Assembly: GCF_009734345.1 (NCBI RefSeq)
Contig: NZ_CP032551.1
Coordinates: forward strand, 1,860,001-1,892,000
Length of the DNA: 32,000 nucleotides
Direction of reading: 5' to 3'
Source of the DNA: Pseudidiomarina andamanensis
GTDB lineage: Bacteria > Pseudomonadota > Gammaproteobacteria > Enterobacterales > Alteromonadaceae
Below the pieces are notes generated by a model. It was not told the DNA's origin. It was given only the letters and a program-made list of their open reading frames with translations, and did not search any database. Made by a program: the position numbers and the translations under genes. Of this stretch, positions 25,819-32,000 are shown one piece after another; position 1 is the stretch's first letter; every line of letters begins with the position of its first letter.

Positions 25819-27917
25819 CCATTAGGCGCTTCCGAGCAGCCAGCCACAAAGATGCGATGCGCAAAGTCCGTGATGCACTGGGCGATGACGCAGTTATTGT
25901 TTCATCACGTAAGACAACGCAAGGTGCAGAAATTTTTGCCATTGGTGAAGCCGATTTGGCAAAGCTTCATGATGCTGAAGATGAGTCGGCAACCACAACA
26001 CCAGATTTTTCCGGCATTGCTCAGCAGTTATTGAGCGATGTTCAAGATATGCGTGCCATGCTACATCAACAGCAAGGCGACAAAGTGCCGGACGACAATC
26101 GTAAACGGCTGTATCGACAGCTTCGCGCAGGGGGGTATAGCGATACACTGAGTCGTCAATTAGTCGCGTTACTGCCGTCAACATTAAATCACTCCAATAA
26201 AACTTATGCTGAAGCACTAAAGTGGCTACAACAGCAAGTTGTCGCACGAATTTCCCACCAGTCAGACATGCAAGTACATGATTGGGAGTTGCTTCAACAT
26301 CAAGGCGTGATGGCACTTGTTGGGCCAACTGGTGTGGGTAAAACCACAACCACTGCGAAGCTAGCTGCGAATTATGTCATGCAACATGGCAACGATAGTT
26401 TGTTGTTGGTGACTACCGATAGCTATCGTATCGGCGCGCAGCAGCAACTAGCGATATACGCCGAGCTGCTTGATGTGCAAATGCACGCATTGGCGGATGG
26501 CGATACGCTAGATTCATTGGCAGAAAAGATGCAAGGCAAGCGTTTGGTATTGGTTGATACCGTCGGCATGAGTCAGCGTGATCAGCGCCTCGCGCAAAAA
26601 ATTGCGGCACTTGGCAGCGCCGAGAATCATGATTCGACGCGTATCGTGTTATTGCTGAATGCAGCGGCGCAACAAGAAACCCTCGATGAAGTAGCTCGTA
26701 TTTATCAGCGTATTGCCAGCGAAAGTGATTTGACTATCCACGATTGCATTTTGACAAAATTGGATGAAACGGCGCGCATGGGTGGTGTATTGGATACCGT
26801 CATACGACATAAACTGACGGTTCAAGCCACTTCATCAGGGCAACGTGTTCCTGAAGATATTCAAGTGCCGGATGTGGAGCAATTGGTTGCGGACTCATTG
26901 ACGGCTGAGGTCAGTCAGTCAGCACTCGCTGAAACGGAGTGGGAGCATGGCGATGAAAAGCTCGAACCGTCGCAAGTATTCGCACACGGCCATTTAATTC
27001 AATCGAGCATGCAGGCGTTGCGCCATCAGGTACCACATTTTCAAGAGCTTGTGCAGGCTTGGAAGCATAGGGTATTGCCTGAAAGCTGGGTCAACACAGC
27101 GTTTCCTGATGAACTCAATATGATTCGATGGGCGGCGCCACAACCGTTGCAAGGTTGGAATCATTTAACACCGCATTTAGGTTTAAGTAAGCAAGGTTTG
27201 CCGTTACTGCCGCCGGTTCTTCACAGCGCTGAAGAACCAGTGTTACCCGATATGGCGTTAGCGCCGGTGCAATTGTTTGATTATCTGCCGCAAACCGACT
27301 TGCTGGGCGTTTTTTCTGAACATCAAACGGGTTGGTTAGCTACGTTGAATCTGAATCACAAAGTACAGGTTCAAGGTCAGTCGCGAGCCGTTAGCGAGTT
27401 GGTCAAAAAACACAGTATTCCCTTAAGTAAGCACACTATTCTTTATCGTGGCGAGCGTCGCCGTCTTGAACTTACCGTTGCTGCGGCAGAATCAGAACAG
27501 ACTCAGCAATTGGTTCAAGTGGTGTATGGCGAGTTACATGGCGGGCCGAGTAAGAACCCAATACAGCGCCGTTATTGGTTAGCTGATGGCCATTGCACAG
27601 CAGAACAAGTGGTTGAGCGTGCGCGCACCATGATGCAGCTGGAAGAATATGCCCGACTGACGCGTCTGGCATGGCGTGCTTTAGGGAAACTTGATTTAGA
27701 CGGCGACACGCAATTGGCTTTAGCCGGGGCATTAGCTGCAGTGACCTTGCACGTTGAATATCATGGCGCCGCGCAGTTTGCTGGGTTAAGAGGCGAGCTT
27801 CTTAGTATTAGTGGCAAGCGCGGTCGCGTTCAAGGTGATAAACTGCTTCCCGCAATTTTGCACGTGATGCATGCCTACGAGTCATTAGTGGCAGCAGGCC
27901 GTGAAGTAGAGGCATAA
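25815..27917 (+). CDS. flhF: SRP-type GTPase FlhF with a long C-terminal extension
   Basis: The N-terminus MTIRRFRAASHKDAMRKVRDALGDDAVIVSSRK is FlhF-like. GTPase motifs are G1 GPTGVGKTTT (170-179), DSYRIGA, DTVGMSQRD and TKLDE, with GQRVPEDI at 342-349. The ORF then continues for a further ~340 aa to residue 700 with no motif I recognise. GGAGGG lies upstream, and the start shares an ATGA overlap with flhA. Confidence 0.85.
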   Translation: MTIRRFRAASHKDAMRKVRDALGDDAVIVSSRKTTQGAEIFAIGEADLAKLHDAEDESATTTPDFSGIAQQLLSDVQDMRAMLHQQQGDKVPDDNRKRLYRQLRAGGYSDTLSRQLVALLPSTLNHSNKTYAEALKWLQQQVVARISHQSDMQVHDWELLQHQGVMALVGPTGVGKTTTTAKLAANYVMQHGNDSLLLVTTDSYRIGAQQQLAIYAELLDVQMHALADGDTLDSLAEKMQGKRLVLVDTVGMSQRDQRLAQKIAALGSAENHDSTRIVLLLNAAAQQETLDEVARIYQRIASESDLTIHDCILTKLDETARMGGVLDTVIRHKLTVQATSSGQRVPEDIQVPDVEQLVADSLTAEVSQSALAETEWEHGDEKLEPSQVFAHGHLIQSSMQALRHQVPHFQELVQAWKHRVLPESWVNTAFPDELNMIRWAAPQPLQGWNHLTPHLGLSKQGLPLLPPVLHSAEEPVLPDMALAPVQLFDYLPQTDLLGVFSEHQTGWLATLNLNHKVQVQGQSRAVSELVKKHSIPLSKHTILYRGERRRLELTVAAAESEQTQQLVQVVYGELHGGPSKNPIQRRYWLADGHCTAEQVVERARTMMQLEEYARLTRLAWRALGKLDLDGDTQLALAGALAAVTLHVEYHGAAQFAGLRGELLSISGKRGRVQGDKLLPAILHVMHAYESLVAAGREVEA

Positions 27918-27924
27918 GTTAAGT

Positions 27925-28416
27925 ATGAGTGATCAGGCAGCAAGTTTGCGGCAGTGGGCAGCCAAGCGTAATGGTGATGACCAGGCAAACGAAGCCGTAT
28001 CAGAAAAAGTATCTGCGACGAAAGCGGCCGATAACCTGGAACAAGTTGTCGTTCTTGGGTTGCCTAAATTGAATGAAGAGTACGCGCTGAAGGCCGCGTC
28101 AGTGTTTCATCGCTGGGCAGAAGATGGTATGAAATGGGTTGGTACTGCTGATAGATGGCGCGTTATTCCGGTATCGATAGACTACCCTGAGTTTGATAAG
28201 TTAGTGGCAAACTACCCGCGTTGGGCAATTTGGGTAGAGGGCGATTTAGATAGCTTTCAACGGGCCTATCGCGCGTTAAAACGAATTCATGAAGTGAATG
28301 GGCCGCAGCGAATTATTGCGCTGCATCCACCGATGGCGCGAAAAGGGCTGTTAGCGAATATCCAAACGGTTGCGCGCCAATATTTCAACATTGATGTTTT
28401 GGTATTTTCGGGCTGA
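27925..28416 (+). CDS. Degenerate FlhG/MinD-like protein (163 aa): activator motif retained, P-loop absent
   Basis: It occupies the position of flhG, between flhF and fliA. The N-terminus MSDQAASLRQW carries DQAxxLR. Where FlhG has (S/T)GKGGVGK after the first beta-strand, this protein reads VVVLGLPKLNEEYA. The C-terminal part (WAIWVEGDLDSFQRAYRALKRI...RIIALHP) loosely resembles the ParA/MinD fold. Confidence 0.5.
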   Translation: MSDQAASLRQWAAKRNGDDQANEAVSEKVSATKAADNLEQVVVLGLPKLNEEYALKAASVFHRWAEDGMKWVGTADRWRVIPVSIDYPEFDKLVANYPRWAIWVEGDLDSFQRAYRALKRIHEVNGPQRIIALHPPMARKGLLANIQTVARQYFNIDVLVFSG

Positions 28417-28421
28417 AAATT

Positions 28422-29123
28422 ATGTATACAGCTGAAGGTAAGTTCAACAAGCACAGTATAATCGAACAGTATTATCCACTGGTTCGGCGCCAAGCGTTTA
28501 GCTTAAAAGTTAAACTGCCTGCAGGCGTTGATGTGGATGATTTGATTCAAGCTGGTGTTGAAGGCTTACTGAGCTGTGTCGACCGTTTTGATCCTGATTC
28601 GGGTGTGGCATTTTCGACTTATGCTCATCAACGTATTCGTGGTGCGATGATTGATGAACTGCGTAGTCGCGATTGGCTCCCTCGCAGTGTTCGGCGCAAT
28701 GGTCGCGAGTTAGAGCAAACCATTCGTAAACTAGAGCAGCGACTTGGGCGCCCGCCCGAAGAACGCGAAATTTCCGCAGAATTGAACATGGATTTGAACG
28801 AATACCATCAATTATTGCTCGATACCAACAATGGCTTGGTTTTGTCATACGACGAAGTGGTATTTGAAACTCCCGGTAATGAAACTAACGATGACGAAGA
28901 TACAGAGCCAGAAACTCAAATTGGCAATGCGCAGCTAAAGCAGCTATTAGTAGAAGCAATTGATATGCTTCCTGAGCGTGAAAAATTAGTCATGACGCTC
29001 TATTATCAAGAAGAACTTAACCTCAAAGAGATTGGCGCAGTACTCGATGTTACCGAATCACGTGTATCGCAGTTACATAGCCAAGCGATCAAACGAATTC
29101 GAGCACGGGTTGCCACCGATTAA
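28422..29123 (+). CDS. fliA: Flagellar sigma factor FliA (sigma28)
   Basis: 233 aa. YTAEG...QRIRGAMIDELRSRDWLPRSVRRN...LLDTNN...LPEREKLVMTLYYQEELNLKEIGAVLDVTESRVSQLHSQAIKRIR is very close to enteric FliA. Confidence 0.92.
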   Translation: MYTAEGKFNKHSIIEQYYPLVRRQAFSLKVKLPAGVDVDDLIQAGVEGLLSCVDRFDPDSGVAFSTYAHQRIRGAMIDELRSRDWLPRSVRRNGRELEQTIRKLEQRLGRPPEEREISAELNMDLNEYHQLLLDTNNGLVLSYDEVVFETPGNETNDDEDTEPETQIGNAQLKQLLVEAIDMLPEREKLVMTLYYQEELNLKEIGAVLDVTESRVSQLHSQAIKRIRARVATD

Positions 29124-29159
29124 CCCAAACAACGTACTCAAAGTACAAGTAGGTGCTTG

Positions 29160-29639
29160 ATGAATAATTATAAATTAGAAATTCGTTGGGGCTTTATTTT
29201 TAGCGTCGCCATGTTGCTGTGGGTGTTGATTGAACGTGTGGTTGGTTTGCACAGCACACTGATTGCTCAGCATGCAATATGGACGAACTTATTCGCGGTG
29301 GCTGCAATTACCATTTATGTACTTGCCTTACGGCAGAAACGTACGCATGAATTAAACGGCGAAATGACCTGGAAACAAGGGTTTATGTGCGGTGTTGGTA
29401 TCACTATTGTAGTGGCCATTCTCTCGCCGCTAACGCAGTGGCTCGCCCATACTTTGGTGTCACCGCACTTCTTCGCCAATATGGTGGAGTATGCCGTAAG
29501 CAGTGGCAATATGACCGAACCTCAAGCGCTCAATTATTTCTCTCTGCAAAGCTACATGATTCAAGCAGTCATTGGTGCCGTTGTTATGGGCGTGATTACC
29601 TCGGCTGTGGTAGCTTTATTTGTGCGAAATAAGAAGTAA
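29160..29639 (+). CDS. Small 4-TM inner-membrane protein (possibly DUF4199-like)
   Basis: 159 aa counted from ATG 29160 (AGGTG upstream), with four hydrophobic segments. The family assignment comes only from overall resemblance. Confidence 0.5.
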   Translation: MNNYKLEIRWGFIFSVAMLLWVLIERVVGLHSTLIAQHAIWTNLFAVAAITIYVLALRQKRTHELNGEMTWKQGFMCGVGITIVVAILSPLTQWLAHTLVSPHFFANMVEYAVSSGNMTEPQALNYFSLQSYMIQAVIGAVVMGVITSAVVALFVRNKK

Positions 29640-29729
29640 CGAAGCGTTAATTTCAAGCAAACACAAAGGCAGAAAATCTATACTGTGCTAAATTGTATGT
29701 AACGTTCAGTTGCAAAAGGGAATATCAGC

Positions 29730-30359
29730 ATGATGAAGAAATTAGCAGTAGCAGTGGCGGTATCTTCGCTTGTGGTTACCGGCTGTGCCAACATGAGTAA
29801 TACGCAAAAAGGCGCGACCATTGGCGCTATTGCTGGTGCCGTTATTGGTAAAGGTACCGGCGATCACGATAAAAGTCGTTATGTATGGGGTGCCGTAGCT
29901 GGCGCTATTGCAGGCGGTGCTATTGGTGCTTACATGGACAAACAAGAACGCGAGTTCCGTGAAGAGTTAGCAGGTAGCGGCGTTCAAGTTATTCGTGATG
30001 GCGACAATATTCGTCTGCAATTACCAAGTAACGTGACGTTTGCCGTTGATAGCACGACTATTGCTTCAAGCTTTGATCCAGTGCTTGTTGATGTTGCGAA
30101 GGTACTTAACCGTTATGAAAAAACCACGATGTTGGTGGAAGGTCATACCGATAGTACAGGTGACGCCAACTACAACCAACGTTTGTCAGAGAATCGCGCG
30201 TTGGCTGTACGTAATCACTTGGTAGGCAATGGTGTTGACCAGCGTCGTGTGACTACTGTCGGTTATGGTGAAACCATGCCGGTAGCAGATAATAGCACTG
30301 CTGATGGCCGTCAACTCAACCGCCGTGTTGAATTGCGAATCGTGCCGAACGAAGCCTAA
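29730..30359 (+). CDS. OmpA-family lipoprotein with N-terminal glycine-zipper region
   Basis: The lipobox is LVVTG|C. Glycine zippers are GATIGAIAGAVIGKGTG and GAVAGAIAGGAIGAYM. The OmpA C-like domain reads VEGHTDSTGDANYNQRLSENRALAVRNHL...NRRVELRIV. Confidence 0.85.
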   Translation: MMKKLAVAVAVSSLVVTGCANMSNTQKGATIGAIAGAVIGKGTGDHDKSRYVWGAVAGAIAGGAIGAYMDKQEREFREELAGSGVQVIRDGDNIRLQLPSNVTFAVDSTTIASSFDPVLVDVAKVLNRYEKTTMLVEGHTDSTGDANYNQRLSENRALAVRNHLVGNGVDQRRVTTVGYGETMPVADNSTADGRQLNRRVELRIVPNEA

Positions 30360-30384
30360 TTCGAAGGTCTTCTGGTAATAAAAG

Positions 30385-30415
30385 AAAAGCCGCTGATGAT
30401 ATCAGCGGCTTTTTT
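30385..30415. terminator. Bidirectional Rho-independent terminator
   Basis: AAAAGCCGCTGAT-GAT-ATCAGCGGCTTTT, with an A-run upstream and a T-run downstream. It lies between the convergent OmpA-like gene and the transporter gene. Confidence 0.8.
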
Positions 30416-30445
30416 GATCGTTTTTATAAAGAGTTTAATAGTGCG

Positions 30446-31594
30446 TTATTCGGCTTTAGATGCTTGGTTTACCAAAAGCGCGATGGCGCCATCGCCGGTC
30501 ACGTTACACGCCGTACCAAAGCTGTCTTGTGCCATATACAGCGCAATCATTAACGCAATGGCGGTTTCACCGAAGCCAAGCATTGAACCCAGTAAACCGA
30601 CCGCAGACATTACCGCACCACCAGGTACGCCTGGCGCCGCCAGCATCACCACACCGAGCATGAAAATAAATGGCAGGATGGCTAAGAATGATGGAATTGC
30701 TAAAGCGCTGTGCAAATACATCACCGCGATGGTGCAACTGACAATCGTAATGGTCGAGCCGGCTAAATGCGTTGTTGCACATAATGGAATCGCAAAGTTG
30801 GCGACATCGTCATTCACTTTATTTGCTTTGGCGCTGCGTAAAGTCACTGGAATGGTTGCAGCGCTCGACATGGTGCCTAATGCCGTAAAGTAAGCTGGCA
30901 GCATGTTCTTAATGAGCGTCACAGGGCTGATACTGGCTTTTAACCCAGCCACCGTAAACATGCTGATGATATACACCCAATGCAGTGCTACAGCGAGTAA
31001 CAAGACGATACCGAATGTTTTAAGCGTACCAAATACGGTGCCTGCGGCAGCCATTTCAGCAAATACGCCAGCAATGTAAAACGGCAATAGTGGAATGATG
31101 ACCTTACCGAGAAGTAACTCAATAATGTCTCGGCCTTGGTCTGAAATTTGTTTGAGTTGTTCTGCGCGAGTTGCGGTGATACCAAGCCCGAAAATAAACG
31201 CTAAAACAAGCGCTGTCATGATGCCAAACACGGGCGGCATGTCGAGAGTGATGAATGGCTCTAAAACCTTAGCATCGGCAGTCTGAGCGGTTTTAGCAGC
31301 GGTGGTTAACATCGGTACGACAAAACTCGCGACAAAATATGCAACGGTACCCGCCACAATGGTTGATAGGTAAGCGATACCCAAGGTGCGGCCAAGCAAT
31401 TTGCCAGAATTCTGTGGTAAACCAGCGATACCACTGGTGATAAAGAACAAAATTAATAACGGAATGGTAAAGAATAATAATTGACCGAATAGCTCTTTGA
31501 ACGTTAATAGTAGTTGGGTGACCCATTCAGGCGTATAGAGCCCAATTAATGTGCCAACGGTAATACCAATGATAAGTTTTATGATTAACCCCAT
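30446..31594 (-). CDS. Dicarboxylate/amino-acid:cation symporter (DAACS) family transporter, SstT/GltP-like
   Basis: 382-aa polytopic ORF with family-typical segments MSSAATIPVTLRS, IPLCATTHLAGSTITI and DSFGTACNVTGDGA. Confidence 0.8.
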   Translation of the reverse strand: MGLIIKLIIGITVGTLIGLYTPEWVTQLLLTFKELFGQLLFFTIPLLILFFITSGIAGLPQNSGKLLGRTLGIAYLSTIVAGTVAYFVASFVVPMLTTAAKTAQTADAKVLEPFITLDMPPVFGIMTALVLAFIFGLGITATRAEQLKQISDQGRDIIELLLGKVIIPLLPFYIAGVFAEMAAAGTVFGTLKTFGIVLLLAVALHWVYIISMFTVAGLKASISPVTLIKNMLPAYFTALGTMSSAATIPVTLRSAKANKVNDDVANFAIPLCATTHLAGSTITIVSCTIAVMYLHSALAIPSFLAILPFIFMLGVVMLAAPGVPGGAVMSAVGLLGSMLGFGETAIALMIALYMAQDSFGTACNVTGDGAIALLVNQASKAE

Positions 31595-31664
31595 GGTGTT
31601 CTCTCTTTTGTGACCCTTGCGGATTTTATAGTGAGGGTAGTGTAAGGCGTTTCACCTAAATAAG

Positions 31665-31693
31665 TGAATCTAAATAGCGAGCAAGATCGTAAC
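31665..31693 (+). promoter_or_regulatory. Possible ECF-type promoter TGAATC-N17-CGTAAC upstream of the ECF sigma gene
   Basis: Read directly. It loosely resembles GAAC-N16/17-CGT autoregulated ECF promoters and ends 33 nt before the ATG. Confidence 0.25.
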
Positions 31694-31726
31694 TTAAGTA
31701 TTACCACAATAAAAAGGGAAATAACT

Positions 31727-32000
31727 ATGTCGTCACCACTTTCGTTGGAGAGGGAGCTTCAGCAAATTGCACTGGGTGACCGAGAAGCGTTCAAGCGCCT
31801 GTATCAGGCAACGTCCGCTAAGCTTTACTCAGTCAGTTACGCTATTGTTCGTCGCGAGAGCGCCGCCGAGGATGCTGTTCAAGACACCTTCATCAAAGTT
31901 TGGCATCGGGCGTCAGATTACAGCGTTACCAAGGGCTCAGTCATGAGCTGGCTAATTAGCATGGTGCGTTATCGGTCAATCGATTTGATGCGTAACCGTC
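31727..32000 (+). CDS. ECF-family RNA polymerase sigma factor (3' part lies outside the window)
   Basis: This ORF is not in the supplied track because it runs off the window. My own translation from ATG 31727 is MSSPLSLERELQQIALGDREAFKRLYQATSAKLYSVSYAIVRRESAAEDAVQDTFIKVWHRASDYSVTKGSVMSWLISMVRYRSIDLMRNR, which has a typical sigma70 region 2 (ECF) pattern. Confidence 0.8.
   Translation, partial: MSSPLSLERELQQIALGDREAFKRLYQATSAKLYSVSYAIVRRESAAEDAVQDTFIKVWHRASDYSVTKGSVMSWLISMVRYRSIDLMRNR

Noticed and set aside
25894-26349. 151-aa minus-strand ORF inside flhF
   Set aside because: It is antisense to the FlhF N-domain and P-loop region, has no motif, and is a shadow ORF.
29730-30359. OmpA-like lipoprotein next to fliA as a possible MotY-like or stator-associated peptidoglycan anchor
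   Set aside because: The N-terminal part is a generic glycine-zipper lipoprotein region, not a MotY-like domain. No sigma28 promoter is visible upstream. The gene is separated from fliA by another gene and has its own terminator. It is more likely ordinary flanking DNA.
30396-30893. 165-aa plus-strand ORF overlapping the transporter gene
   Set aside because: It is antisense to the conserved C-terminal half of the DAACS transporter. It also begins inside the bidirectional terminator region. It is a shadow ORF.
1-32000. Search by eye for CRISPR arrays, tRNA or rRNA genes, IS elements, integrases, phage genes, toxin-antitoxin pairs and known defence-system hallmarks
   Set aside because: None were found. 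Almost all ORFs of 100 aa or more that are not antisense shadows are accounted for by flagellar or ordinary housekeeping-type families. Intergenic regions are short and are explained by promoters and terminators.

Overview
Nucleotides 1-29123 are one apparently intact flagellar locus of the FlhDC -> FliA (sigma28) type. The gene order is as follows. flgK' and flgL (+). fliR-Q-P-O-N-M-L-K-J-I-H-G-F (-), one tightly packed operon with many overlaps. fliE (+). flaG, a small unknown ORF and fliC (-). A YcgR-like PilZ protein fused to an HD-GYP domain (+). fliD, fliS, fliT, a FliK-C-terminal-like protein and a stand-alone FlhB-C-terminal-like protein (+). flhD, flhC, motA, motB (+). flhB, flhA, an unusually long flhF, a 163-aa degenerate FlhG-like protein and fliA (+). 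The last ~3 kb looks like ordinary flanking DNA: a small 4-TM membrane protein, an OmpA-family lipoprotein, a DAACS-family cation symporter (-) and the start of an ECF sigma factor. Five promoters matching the enteric sigma28 consensus TAAAGTTT-N11-GCCGATAA can be read directly, upstream of flaG, fliC, the ycgR-like/HD-GYP gene, fliD and motA. I see no rRNA, tRNA, CRISPR array, transposase, integrase, phage gene or recognisable defence gene. I do not find a wholly unknown multi-gene system. The non-canonical parts worth follow-up are: (1) the sigma28-driven YcgR-type brake fused to an HD-GYP domain whose HHE metal motif reads INE; (2) a translationally coupled FliK-C-like / FlhB-C-like pair at the end of the fliDST operon; (3) FlhF with a ~340-aa C-terminal extension, followed by a mini-FlhG that keeps the DQAxxLR FlhF-activator motif but has no Walker A; (4) an exact 18-nt palindrome-containing motif present at two sigma28 promoter regions. 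All protein calls rest on motifs I recognise in the supplied translations, not on database searches.
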